From Candidatus Dojkabacteria bacterium (GTDB lineage Bacteria > Patescibacteriota > Dojkabacteria > SC72): a stretch of DNA of 53,771 nt. Shown in pieces: positions 34,884 through 45,155 of this stretch. The notes beneath the pieces are model-generated. The model did no database searches and was not told the origin of the DNA. It worked only from the letters and a program-made list of their open reading frames with translations. The position numbers were made by a program, and so were the translations under genes. The stretch is taken from contig DAOOVU010000002.1 of NCBI GenBank assembly GCA_035370505.1, positions 1 to 53,771 on the forward strand, written 5' to 3'. Each line of letters opens with the position of its first letter. Position 1 is the stretch's first letter.

Positions 34884-37800
34884 ATGTTCACTCATTTACA
34901 TTTACACACAGAGTATTCTCTGCTTGATGCTACAACTAGAATACCTGAGTTGATAACAAAACTACAGGAAAATGGAATGACATCATGTGCCATAACGGAC
35001 CATGGAAATATGTATGGTGTGTTTAAATTCCAAGATGCTATGAAAAAAGCAGGGTTAAAACCAATTATTGGGTGTGAGGTGTACATATCTCCTCGTGATA
35101 TGCATATGAAGGAATATGGCGTGGATAATAACTATAATCACTTAATTCTTCTTGCAAAGAATTTCACAGGATACAAAAATTTAATGAAGATTGTGTCAAT
35201 AGCACATATGGAAGGCTTCTATTATAGACCTAGAATAGATTTTGAAACTCTCTCAAAGTATACAGACGGAATTATCTCTCTATCTGCATGTTTAATGGGA
35301 CCTGTTGCCTCAGAAATACTTTTAAATAATTATGAAGGGGCTAAGAAGAAGGCTAAGCAATATGCGGAAATCTTTAAGGATAATTTCTATATAGAGATTC
35401 AAAGGAATGGAATGGAGGAACAGGATTTTGCAAATGAGAGACTTGTACAGATTGCTAAAGAATTGAATCTTCCAATTGTAGCAACATGTGATTCTCATTA
35501 TTTAAATAAAGAAGATGCTGAAATACAAGAAATACTGTGGTGTATTAGTGATGGGTATACGATGGATGATCCAAAGAGAAGAAGAATGCCGACAAATGAA
35601 TTTTATGTAAAAACTCCAGTAGAAATGGAGAAATTATTTAGTGATGTTCCAGAAGCTGTGGAAAATACGCAGAAGATATCGGATATGATTGAGGAGTATG
35701 ATATTACTTTTGAGAGGGTTGAAGCTCCATATCTTGATTTACCAAAGGGGAAAACATCACAAGAGTATTTTAAAGAATTAACATATGAAGGTTTGAAGAG
35801 AAAGTATAAAAAGGTTGATAAGGAATTGATGGATAGAGTTAATTATGAATTGGATATTATTCATCAAAAAGGTTATGATGACTATTTTTTGATCGTTCGT
35901 GATTTTATAAAATTTTGCAAAGACAATGATATTGTTGTTGGAATAAGAGGATCTGGATGTGGTTCTGTTGTGGCGTATGCTATTGATATTACTGATATTG
36001 AGCCAATAAAATGGGAATTGTATTTTGAGAGGTTTTTGAATCCAGAAAGACCAAGTCCTCCAGATTTTGATATTGATATTGCAGATAAACGAAGAGATGA
36101 AGTTATTCAGTACACTGTGAATAAGTATGGAGAAGATAATGTTAAGCAGATAGGAACATTTAGTAAACTTCAAACTAGACAAGCAATTCGTGATGTTGCA
36201 AGAGTAATAGGCATTGATTTACAAACAGCTAATAATTTATCAAAAATGGTGGAGATAGTTTTTGGTAAGTCAAAGAGCCTAGATTATATGATAGAACATA
36301 ATCCTGAATTTGCTGAAATAATCAATTCCTCAGAAGAAACGAAGCATCTTGCTGAGATAGTAAGAAAAGTTTCTGGTTTGTGTAGAGGTGTTTCTACTCA
36401 TGCTTGTGGTATTTTAATTACTCCAAAGCCAGTAGTTGAATATTGTCCAATTCAAAGAGATGCTCATGGTCAGGGTATGGGAATGACACAGTATGAGATG
36501 TTTGATATAGAGCCCCTTGGTTTAATGAAATATGACTTTTTAGGTTTAAGAAATCTTAATGTTATAGGTGCCTGTTTAAAGAAGATAAAAAGAGATAGAA
36601 ATGAAGAAGTAGACCTAGCACGTATAGATTATAATGATAAAGCTACCTACGATACTATCAAAAGTGGTCATACAATAGGAATTTTTCAAATGGAGAGTGA
36701 AGGAATGAAAAGGACTGTTAAGGCGATAAAGCCAGATAATCTTGAGGATATTTGCTATATACTTGCCGCATATAGACCAGGACCAATGCAGTATATTTCT
36801 GAATATATAGCAGTTAAAGAAGGTAAGCAGAAACCAGACTATATTTTTCCAGAGCTAGAACCTGTTCTTTCTGTTACAAATGGAGTAATTACTTATCAGG
36901 AGCAGGTAATGAAAATTGCACAGGTTGTGGCAGGGTATTCACTTGGTAGGGCAGATAATTTGAGAAGAGCGATGGGTAAGAAAAAATTAGAGGTTATGGA
37001 AGCTGAGAAACCTGCCTTTATAGAAGGGGCTGTAAAAAATGGGTTTGACAAAAAATTGGTAGAAAAATTGTGGGATAAGCTTGTGCTTTTCGCAAATTAT
37101 GGCTTCAATAAAGCTCATAGTGCGTCATATGCTACAACTGCGTACAGAACTGCATATTTAAAAACTCATTATCCACTCCAATACATGGCTGCCTTGCTTG
37201 AAGGAGACCTAGAAAAATTTGATAGGGTAATTATTGATCTTAAAGAGTGTGAAAGATTGGGAATTCAAGTGCTTCCTCCAGATATAAATCTTAGCGGTTT
37301 CTATTTTCAAACAGAAAATGACAACGCTATAAGATTTGGTTTGGGTGGTATAAAAAACTTGGGACATGATATTGTTAAAAATATAGTAAGTGAGAGAGAA
37401 ACCAATGGAAAGTTTCAACACTTAGACGATTTTGTTCACAGAACATTCGATAAAGTAAACAAAAAAGCTGTGGAGTATTTAATAATGTCTGGAGCTATGG
37501 ATTCTTTTGGAAATAGATTTAATCTTCTTCAGACTCTTCCACTTGTTTATGAAAAGGAAAAAAATAGCGAAAAAGTAAAAAATATTGGACAATTTGATTT
37601 CTTCTCACTAGATCAAAGCAAGACAGAGAACATATCAATGACTCCATTAGTAGAGAGCAAAGATGCTGATAGGAATTTGATGCTTCAATGGGAGAGAGAA
37701 CTTTTAGGAATGTATTTCTCAAGTTATCCACTAGATTCTCTTAAAGAATTTTTTGAAAGTAAAGGAGTTATTTCAATATCTGAGGCGTTAGAGAACAAGA

Positions 37801-38276
37801 AAAGTGGAGAAGATGTAATTTTAGGCGTTATGGTTACAAAGCTTAGAAAAATTACCACAAAGAAAGGTGAAATTATGGCATTTCTAACCATAGAGGATAA
37901 AACAGGAAGTACAGATGCGATCATATTCCCAAGAGTATATACAGAATTGAAAGAATCATTAAAAGAAAATATTCCTATGTTAATTTTGGGAAGAATAAAT
38001 GAAAGAGGTGGAGAAAAAAGTATTGTTGTTCAAAAGGCAAAATACGTTGATGAAAGAAAACATTCATCAAAATTTGATGGTGTTACCTTCAAAATAACTA
38101 TTGGACATACAGAGGATGAAGTATCTGCATTGAAACAATTTATACAGAAATCAATAGGAGATACTGCGGTAAAAATCGTCGTTGATGATGGTATAACCTC
38201 TAACGCAGTAATTTTGAATAAAACAATACTTGTAGACGAGGAATGTCAAAAGTGGCTTAGAGTATTCAGAAGTTGA
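34884..38276 (+). CDS. dnaE: DNA polymerase III alpha subunit
   Basis: PHP domain FTHLHLHTEYSLLD, palm/fingers GLMKYDFLGLRNL and FNKAHSASYA, and a C-terminal OB fold. 1130 aa. Confidence 0.97.
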   Translation: MFTHLHLHTEYSLLDATTRIPELITKLQENGMTSCAITDHGNMYGVFKFQDAMKKAGLKPIIGCEVYISPRDMHMKEYGVDNNYNHLILLAKNFTGYKNLMKIVSIAHMEGFYYRPRIDFETLSKYTDGIISLSACLMGPVASEILLNNYEGAKKKAKQYAEIFKDNFYIEIQRNGMEEQDFANERLVQIAKELNLPIVATCDSHYLNKEDAEIQEILWCISDGYTMDDPKRRRMPTNEFYVKTPVEMEKLFSDVPEAVENTQKISDMIEEYDITFERVEAPYLDLPKGKTSQEYFKELTYEGLKRKYKKVDKELMDRVNYELDIIHQKGYDDYFLIVRDFIKFCKDNDIVVGIRGSGCGSVVAYAIDITDIEPIKWELYFERFLNPERPSPPDFDIDIADKRRDEVIQYTVNKYGEDNVKQIGTFSKLQTRQAIRDVARVIGIDLQTANNLSKMVEIVFGKSKSLDYMIEHNPEFAEIINSSEETKHLAEIVRKVSGLCRGVSTHACGILITPKPVVEYCPIQRDAHGQGMGMTQYEMFDIEPLGLMKYDFLGLRNLNVIGACLKKIKRDRNEEVDLARIDYNDKATYDTIKSGHTIGIFQMESEGMKRTVKAIKPDNLEDICYILAAYRPGPMQYISEYIAVKEGKQKPDYIFPELEPVLSVTNGVITYQEQVMKIAQVVAGYSLGRADNLRRAMGKKKLEVMEAEKPAFIEGAVKNGFDKKLVEKLWDKLVLFANYGFNKAHSASYATTAYRTAYLKTHYPLQYMAALLEGDLEKFDRVIIDLKECERLGIQVLPPDINLSGFYFQTENDNAIRFGLGGIKNLGHDIVKNIVSERETNGKFQHLDDFVHRTFDKVNKKAVEYLIMSGAMDSFGNRFNLLQTLPLVYEKEKNSEKVKNIGQFDFFSLDQSKTENISMTPLVESKDADRNLMLQWERELLGMYFSSYPLDSLKEFFESKGVISISEALENKKSGEDVILGVMVTKLRKITTKKGEIMAFLTIEDKTGSTDAIIFPRVYTELKESLKENIPMLILGRINERGGEKSIVVQKAKYVDERKHSSKFDGVTFKITIGHTEDEVSALKQFIQKSIGDTAVKIVVDDGITSNAVILNKTILVDEECQKWLRVFRS

Positions 38277-38289
38277 TATAATATTCTGT

Positions 38290-39789
38290 ATGAAAGTAAA
38301 AGATATTGACAATCTCCCTATAACTTCAGGAGTATACAAGTTCTATGATTCTAATCATCAAATTCTTTATGTTGGAAAAGCGAATAATTTGAGAAATAGA
38401 GTTAAATCATATTTTAATGAGGAGCTGTATGACAGGCCCTTTGTTAAACAGATGATTCCATTCATAGATGATATTGAAATTATTAAAACAAATAATGAAA
38501 TAGAATCCTTGGTTTTAGAATCTGCTTTAATTAAGAAATACAAACCAAAATATAATAGTGATCTAAAGGATGATAAATCGTATGCTTGGATATATATTTC
38601 TACAAAAGATGTTTTTCCCACAGTTAGAATTGTTAGAAAAGTATCTACTGAAGATCTAAAAAAAGGCCGTTTATTTGGTCCATATCCTAATGGAAGAGCT
38701 ATAAAGAGAATCTTTACATATTTGCGTAAGCTTTATCCTTTTTGTACATGTTCAGCAAAGACGCACAAGGAGTGTCTTTATTACCATTTAGAACTTTGTC
38801 CCGGACCTTATCAAGGTCATATCAGCAAGGAGGAGTATAGGAAAAATATAAATGAAATAATAAAATTCTTGGAAGGGAGGAAGAGAGGACATTTAGATGT
38901 ATTGGAAAAAGAGATGAAGATGTACTCTCAGAATATGGATTATGAAAAAGCTGGAGTTATAAGAGATAAGCTTAATGATCTAAAATATCTTGGTGAAAAG
39001 ATAGATTATGAATATGGTGATACAGAAGAGTCGTATTCTAAAAGAAGAAGGGAGGCATTGATGAGTAATTTCCATGATTTAAAAATTGAGCTTGGTCTAA
39101 AAAAGCTTAACAGAATAGAGTGTTATGATATTTCAAATATTTCTGGCCTTCAAGCTTACGGTTCAATGACTGTTGCTCAAGATGGAGAAATTGTTAATTC
39201 TCAGTATAGGATATTTAGAATTAAAACATTAAATATGCCTAATGATCCTGAAATGCTCAGGGAAGTCTTAGCTCGAAGATTTGAAAATCCAGAAAAATAT
39301 CCTGAGTATCCAGATATTGTCTTAATTGATGGAGGAAAATCTCAGTTAAGCACTGTTCATGATAAAGTTCCAGAAAATATTACGCTTCTTGGAATATCAA
39401 AAGGTAAGAGATTAAAAAGAGCAGGGCAGAGGATGTTGGATGAATTTTGGATATACGATAGAGAAGCAAAGGAAGTAAAGCAAATAAGAATAAAGAATAA
39501 AAGAATATTGATAGAACTTAGAGATGAAGCACATAGGTTTGCGATCCTACACCATCGTAAGGCACGAATTAAGGAAAGCAAAAGTTCTAAACTTCTAGAC
39601 ATAGATGGTGTTGGAAGGACTAGAAGGATTAACCTATTGAAGAAATTTAAGAATGTTGAAAATATTAAAAAAGCCTCATTTGAAGAGATAAATGCAATTG
39701 TAAAGAATAGATCTGTTTCAATGAAAATTATGGAGTATTTTAATACTTCAGGGTATTCTGAGGTTTCAAATTCTCCAAGACAAAATTAA
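38290..39789 (+). CDS. uvrC: Excinuclease ABC subunit C (compact, 499 aa)
   Basis: GIY-YIG GVYKFYD..ILYVGKANNLRNRVKSYF, UVR motif YEKAGVIRDKLNDLKYL, endonuclease V-like ECYDISNISG, and C-terminal HhH LLDIDGVGRTRRINLL. Confidence 0.93.
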   Translation: MKVKDIDNLPITSGVYKFYDSNHQILYVGKANNLRNRVKSYFNEELYDRPFVKQMIPFIDDIEIIKTNNEIESLVLESALIKKYKPKYNSDLKDDKSYAWIYISTKDVFPTVRIVRKVSTEDLKKGRLFGPYPNGRAIKRIFTYLRKLYPFCTCSAKTHKECLYYHLELCPGPYQGHISKEEYRKNINEIIKFLEGRKRGHLDVLEKEMKMYSQNMDYEKAGVIRDKLNDLKYLGEKIDYEYGDTEESYSKRRREALMSNFHDLKIELGLKKLNRIECYDISNISGLQAYGSMTVAQDGEIVNSQYRIFRIKTLNMPNDPEMLREVLARRFENPEKYPEYPDIVLIDGGKSQLSTVHDKVPENITLLGISKGKRLKRAGQRMLDEFWIYDREAKEVKQIRIKNKRILIELRDEAHRFAILHHRKARIKESKSSKLLDIDGVGRTRRINLLKKFKNVENIKKASFEEINAIVKNRSVSMKIMEYFNTSGYSEVSNSPRQN

Positions 39790-40858
39790 AAAATTCCTCG
39801 TTATCATTTGTTGTATCAATTATATAGACAATACCATCATTTGGATTTATAAGAACCTGAGATATATGAATCGCTGTTGGGCATGATAAATTGGCTCTTA
39901 ATCCAGCAGAATACTGTGTCGGAGCAAGCACAGTGCTTTTAATTACACAGCTTTGTCCTTCTGTTGTCTGCTTAGTTATATATTGCTGAAGAAATACATC
40001 TAATGCTTCTCCAGAATATTTTCCTATTGGAACAAGAGATAAAGTAGTATTAGTCCCCAATTTTTTAAATTCAACGGATCTATATTTTTCTAGATCTGTA
40101 GAATGGTATGTAATTAAGTAATCTTTTGGAATTTCGAGTATCCATGGAAAATCAGGCAATAAATCCTGAGTATCCTTATCATTTAGAAGAAGATCTCTTG
40201 CTATTTCTTCTTCAATTCTTGATTTGAGGCCATTTTGGGCATCTTCAATTGATATTGTTTCGTACCAAATATCTTTGTATTTTGAGTATATCCTTAATCC
40301 TTTACTACCGTTTTCCCAATACATTCCATTTTTCATCTCTTCTGAACCTGTAGGAACTGTTTGGATATATGTCCAACCAATTTTCGGAAGCTCTTCAGCA
40401 TAAAAAGCATAAACATCATCTATATTTTTATCGTCTAGTATTTTGTATGCTGAGTTCCCTGAACTTAGAAAGTTTGATACATATGGATCATTTAGTTCAT
40501 TTGAGAACATAAAGGATGAATCAGGGTATACTGGAATGTTATCCAATCCTATTACATTTTCCTTTTGATATTCTCTTTCATTTTCTTCCCTTATTGAAGA
40601 AACAACCTTTATTAGTAGAAATAATAATCCGCAAAATAGAACAATTATAAAAATAATTTTAATAATATTTACTAACTTTGATTTGTTATATTTCTTTCTA
40701 AATGTTTTTCTCTTGGTTGGAATTTGATTCTGCTTAAAGAAGATCTTTTTATTCTTCTTCTTAGTTCTTGAAAATGAAGGTTGTTTAACCATACAAATAT
40801 TTACTGGAGGACACTGTTTTTGTTTTTTGCTCTTGTTAGAAGGTTTGGACAATTTCAT
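39740..40858 (-). CDS. Hypothetical membrane-anchored protein with Lys-rich cytoplasmic tail
   Basis: About 60-aa K/R/N-rich N-terminus, TM helix IIKIIFIIVLFCGLLFLLI, and a ~290-aa extracytoplasmic domain with no recognisable motif. Confidence 0.55.
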   Translation of the reverse strand: MKLSKPSNKSKKQKQCPPVNICMVKQPSFSRTKKKNKKIFFKQNQIPTKRKTFRKKYNKSKLVNIIKIIFIIVLFCGLLFLLIKVVSSIREENEREYQKENVIGLDNIPVYPDSSFMFSNELNDPYVSNFLSSGNSAYKILDDKNIDDVYAFYAEELPKIGWTYIQTVPTGSEEMKNGMYWENGSKGLRIYSKYKDIWYETISIEDAQNGLKSRIEEEIARDLLLNDKDTQDLLPDFPWILEIPKDYLITYHSTDLEKYRSVEFKKLGTNTTLSLVPIGKYSGEALDVFLQQYITKQTTEGQSCVIKSTVLAPTQYSAGLRANLSCPTAIHISQVLINPNDGIVYIIDTTNDNEEFFNFVLENLKPQNTLKY

Positions 40859-40922
40859 ATTCTGATATTATCATATGAAAGTAGATAGCTTGTCTACTTG
40901 TGTAGTATAATTGCACAGCTTA

Positions 40923-40993
40923 TGCGGGATTGTCTAATGGTAGGACGCCGGCCTTTGAAGCCGAGAATCATGGTTCGAATCCATGTCCCGCAA
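40923..40993 (+). tRNA. tRNA-Gln (anticodon TTG) with U1-A72, no encoded CCA
   Basis: TGCGGGA-TT-GTCT-AATGGTA-GGAC-G-CCGGC-CTTTGAA-GCCGA-GAAT-CATGG-TTCGAAT-CCATG-TCCCGCA-A. TATAAT lies at 40906..40911, 11 nt upstream. Confidence 0.88.
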
Positions 40994-40999
40994 TTTGTT

Positions 41000-41272
41000 T
41001 TAATAGTTGGAGGTATTAAATTGTGTAATAACTTCAGATATTTTACTCATAGTTTCTTTAAGTAGTGGTCTGTCATCATTTACAGGACCAATTTCATCTA
41101 GTATATCTTCTAATTCTTCTGATGATACAAATATTTGATTAATATCCTTTATATTGTCATTTGCAGATTTTAGCTTTATTGAAAGCTGAGAATCTGGTTT
41201 CTGATTAATGTCATAATATTTTAATAACTCAAGAAGTTCTTCCCTTGTAAGTGTTAGTATTCCTCTTCTCAT
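41000..41272 (-). CDS. Small acidic hypothetical protein (90 aa)
   Basis: ORF 17 nt downstream of the uvrB stop on the same strand. No recognisable motif. Confidence 0.45.
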   Translation of the reverse strand: MRRGILTLTREELLELLKYYDINQKPDSQLSIKLKSANDNIKDINQIFVSSEELEDILDEIGPVNDDRPLLKETMSKISEVITQFNTSNY

Positions 41273-41289
41273 TTTTGTATTTTTTAAAA

Positions 41290-43254
41290 TTAAAGTAATT
41301 CTGATTTTAGTTCCTTTATTTCATCACGAAGTTCTGCTGCTTTCTCAAAATTCAAATTATCAGCAGCAATAAGCATTCTATTTTCTAAATCTTTGATTAG
41401 GAGTCTTTTTTGTTTTGCATCCATTTTTTGTATATCTATATCTGTTTTAATATCTTTCTGCTCTGTTTGTACTAATCTATCTCTTATTTCTTTCTGAATG
41501 CTTTTCGGGGTTATATTATGTTCCTTGTTGTACTGTTCTTGGTATTTTCTTCTTCTTTCTGTTTCCTCTATAGCCTGTTTCATACTTTCAGTTATGGTAT
41601 CTGCATACATAATTACTCTTCCTTCTACATGTCTTGCAGCTCTTCCTATTGTTTGAATTAAGCTTGTTTTGGATCTAAGAAAACCCTCTTTATCAGCATC
41701 TAGAATAATAACAAGGGATACTTCTGGAAGATCAATCCCTTCTCTAAGCAGGTTAATTCCTACGACGACATCGTATTCACCAAGCCTCAAATCTCTCAAA
41801 ATATCAACTCTCTCTATAGCATCAATATCAGAGTGTATATATTGAACTTTAATCCCTGTATCCTTTAAGTAAGATGTCAAATCCTCTGCCATTTTCTTTG
41901 TTAATGTTGTAACTAAAACTCTTTGTTTCTTTTGTACATTTTTGTAAATTTCGTATATCACATCATCTATTTGTCCCTCTGTTTTTCTCACATCTATTAC
42001 TGGATCAAGTAGACCTGTCGGTCTTGTTAGTAATTCAACTACAGTATTTCCACTATCTTCAATTTCCCACTGAGAAGGAGTTGCAGAGAAGTATACAGTT
42101 GTTTTTTGTTTGGCTCTAAATTCTTCAAAATTAAGTGGCCTATTATCTCGTGCAGTAGGGAGTCTAAACCCATATTCTACAAGATTGTCTTTTCTCATTT
42201 TGTCTCCGTTGTACATTCCAGCAACTTGAGGAATGGTAATGTGTGATTCATCTATGAACATTATGTAATCATCTGGGAAATAATCGAGAAGTGTGTATGG
42301 GGGCTCTCCAGATTTTCTCCCATCAAAATATATGCTGTAATTCTCCATACTTTTGCAGTATCCGACTTCTTCTAGCATTTCAATATCATAATTGGTTTTT
42401 TGTTGAAGTCTATTTGCTTCTAGTTCTTTCCCTATATTTTTCAAAAATTGAACTCTTTTTTCTAAGTCTTCCTTTATCTTTTGTATTGCGTTATCTATTG
42501 TTTCTTTAGGATATACCAGAGAAGTTGCTGGGAATATGAGTATTTCCCTTAATTCTTCAATTTTATGCTTGCTTATTGGATCAACTTTTGAGATTCTGTC
42601 TATAGTGTTTCCAACTAATTCAATCCTTATGGAAGTTTCATCGTAAGGTGGATATATTTCAATAATATCACCAGAGATTCTAAATACACCGTTGGTAAAA
42701 TCATATGTATCTCTTTCATACCTCATATTCACCAATCTGAGTGAAATGTCAGAAACTTGGATATTTTGTCCTACAAAAAATGATAGCGTTTGATTTTCAT
42801 AATTTGCTGGTGCTCCAATATTGTATATGCAGGATACAGATGCAACTACAACTGTATCTCTACGGGTTACAGCCGAATTCATTGCTCCAAACCTTAAATT
42901 TTCTATTTGTTTATTAACTTCTGATTCTTTTTCTATATATAGATCTTTTGCAGGAATATATGCTTCTGGCTGATAATAATCATAATATGACACAAAATAT
43001 TTTACGGAGTTTTCTGGGAAAAATTCCTTAAATTCTTCATAGAGCTGAGCAGCCAATGTTTTGTTATGTGATAACACAAGAGTTGGTCTATTACATCTTT
43101 GTATTATATTTGCCATAACAAAAGTTTTCCCAGATCCAGTTACTCCTAGAAGTGTTTGTTTTTGTTTTGTTTTTAATCCCTCAACTATCTCATCTATAGC
43201 TCTTTGTTGATCCTCAGATGGGGAGTATGGAGATTGCAATTTGAATTCATTCAT
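41290..43254 (-). CDS. uvrB: Excinuclease ABC subunit B
   Basis: Walker A GVTGSGKTF, DESHITIPQ, helicase motif VI QTIGRAARH, and C-terminal UVR domain FEKAAELRDEIKELK. Confidence 0.97.
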   Translation of the reverse strand: MNEFKLQSPYSPSEDQQRAIDEIVEGLKTKQKQTLLGVTGSGKTFVMANIIQRCNRPTLVLSHNKTLAAQLYEEFKEFFPENSVKYFVSYYDYYQPEAYIPAKDLYIEKESEVNKQIENLRFGAMNSAVTRRDTVVVASVSCIYNIGAPANYENQTLSFFVGQNIQVSDISLRLVNMRYERDTYDFTNGVFRISGDIIEIYPPYDETSIRIELVGNTIDRISKVDPISKHKIEELREILIFPATSLVYPKETIDNAIQKIKEDLEKRVQFLKNIGKELEANRLQQKTNYDIEMLEEVGYCKSMENYSIYFDGRKSGEPPYTLLDYFPDDYIMFIDESHITIPQVAGMYNGDKMRKDNLVEYGFRLPTARDNRPLNFEEFRAKQKTTVYFSATPSQWEIEDSGNTVVELLTRPTGLLDPVIDVRKTEGQIDDVIYEIYKNVQKKQRVLVTTLTKKMAEDLTSYLKDTGIKVQYIHSDIDAIERVDILRDLRLGEYDVVVGINLLREGIDLPEVSLVIILDADKEGFLRSKTSLIQTIGRAARHVEGRVIMYADTITESMKQAIEETERRRKYQEQYNKEHNITPKSIQKEIRDRLVQTEQKDIKTDIDIQKMDAKQKRLLIKDLENRMLIAADNLNFEKAAELRDEIKELKSELL

Positions 43255-43295
43255 CGGTTGTATTTTAGCAAATATCCGTATGTGTTAGAATATCA

Positions 43296-45155
43296 ATGAT
43301 GGAAAGAAAGACATTAAACAAATTACCACCTGAAGTTGTGAATCAAATAGCGGCAGGAGAAGTTATTGAGAGGCCTGCATCTGTTGTTAAAGAATTAGTG
43401 GATAATGCAATTGATGCACAGGCTTCTAAGATTATTGTTAAAGTAATTGGTGGAGGTATTGACATGATAGAGGTACAAGATAACGGATTTGGTATTCCAA
43501 AAGAGAATCTTCCATTGATATTTGAGCCACATACAACAAGTAAAATTCATTCTATTGAGGATCTTAATACTTTGATGAGTATGGGTTTTAGAGGTGAAGC
43601 ATTGTCAACGATAACTTCAGTAGCAAAAGTAAAATTAGATTCTAAATATGTAGAGGAAGATACTGGTAATAGCATTTCATTTGATGAAAGTGGGATTGCG
43701 CATATAGTTTCGGCTCCAAAAGAGTCCGGTACAACAGTAAAAGTAGAAAATATTTTTTACAATATTCCTGCTAGAAGAAAGTTTTTGAAAAGTTCTGCTA
43801 CAGAATTTAGAAAAATATATGATATTTTGGTAAAGTATTACCTCATATATCCAAATATTCATTTTGTTTTGTACAGAGATGGAAAAATAATTGATGATAT
43901 TAAGAATATTAATGGGAGTAGTGCAGGGGAGATAGAAGGTGAAAGGGTAAAAGAAGTTTTGGGGGAGCATATATTTAATAATATGTTGAAGGTTTTTTCT
44001 GAAGGAGCAGGGATTAAAGTAGGGGGATACATAGCTCATCCTTCTACCCATAATAGAGCAAGTAAGCATCAGTTTATCTTCCTGAACAGCAGACCAATTA
44101 GTGATAGAGGAGTTGCTGGTTCAGTGATAAGTGGGTATTCAAGATATATTCCTGCTGGAGAAAGGGTTGATTTCATAATAAATATTAAAATAAATCCAGA
44201 GTTGGTAGATGTAAATGTACATCCTAGGAAGGAGGAGGTAAGATTTGAAAATCCATACAGGGTATATTCTGCAGTGGAAGAAGCTGTTAAACATGCATTA
44301 GAGTCTAATTTGTCATATTTGTCCGAACAAATATTTAGAAATGAAAATGTATCTCCTAATTTTTCAGCTCTAAGAGACAGATTAAATGCTAATTCTTCTT
44401 CACAAAAATATGAGTCTCATAATTATGAATTGCCAATAAGGAATTTCAATCATGGATTGAAAGAAGGATATACTCCAGTGAAAAATTTTTCTGTGAGAGA
44501 CAGTATTGTTTTTTCAAGCGAAGTATTGAAACAGACAAATGAAGAAATTAAAAAGAACAGTGAGAATTTTGGAGATATCATAAGTGTTCACCAAATATTC
44601 AATAAATACATTGTTGTTGAGTATGAGAACGAAATATGTTGGGTAGTTGATCAGCATGCGGGAGCAGAGAGAATAAACTTTGAGAAGTTAGTAAACAGAG
44701 AATCGCAGAAGAAAAATCTTCAACATCTGCTTGTTCCAGTAACAGTGCCTTTAAACAAGGAAGAGGTGATGTTTCTTAAAGAAAATAAGAAGTTTTTTGA
44801 AAGTATTGGGTTTGTCTTTGATATTTCAAATGATGAAAAAGGGATCATTTTAAAAACTGTTCCAGCAGAATATGCAGAATCAGATTTTGAATCAATTTTT
44901 CGTGAAATTTTTAAGATAGATGATAATATTTCTGAGTTAAGAAAATCGTTTGATATGCATAAAGAAGATATTCTAGCAACAATTGCATGCCATGGGAGTA
45001 TTAGGAGTGGGCAAAAATTAACCAAAGAGGAAATGTTTTCTTTCATAGATCAATTGAAAAAATGTAAAAACCCATATAGTTGTCCTCATGGGAGACCGAT
45101 CGTATGGGAATTAAAACTTCAGGATATAGATTCTCATTTTGAAAGGACATATTGA
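43296..45155 (+). CDS. mutL: DNA mismatch repair protein MutL (endonuclease-type)
   Basis: GHKL ATPase QIAAGEVIERPASVVKELVDNAIDA. C-terminal endonuclease motif DQHAGAERINFEKL, plus ACHGSIRSG and CPHGRP. Confidence 0.95.
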   Translation: MMERKTLNKLPPEVVNQIAAGEVIERPASVVKELVDNAIDAQASKIIVKVIGGGIDMIEVQDNGFGIPKENLPLIFEPHTTSKIHSIEDLNTLMSMGFRGEALSTITSVAKVKLDSKYVEEDTGNSISFDESGIAHIVSAPKESGTTVKVENIFYNIPARRKFLKSSATEFRKIYDILVKYYLIYPNIHFVLYRDGKIIDDIKNINGSSAGEIEGERVKEVLGEHIFNNMLKVFSEGAGIKVGGYIAHPSTHNRASKHQFIFLNSRPISDRGVAGSVISGYSRYIPAGERVDFIINIKINPELVDVNVHPRKEEVRFENPYRVYSAVEEAVKHALESNLSYLSEQIFRNENVSPNFSALRDRLNANSSSQKYESHNYELPIRNFNHGLKEGYTPVKNFSVRDSIVFSSEVLKQTNEEIKKNSENFGDIISVHQIFNKYIVVEYENEICWVVDQHAGAERINFEKLVNRESQKKNLQHLLVPVTVPLNKEEVMFLKENKKFFESIGFVFDISNDEKGIILKTVPAEYAESDFESIFREIFKIDDNISELRKSFDMHKEDILATIACHGSIRSGQKLTKEEMFSFIDQLKKCKNPYSCPHGRPIVWELKLQDIDSHFERTY

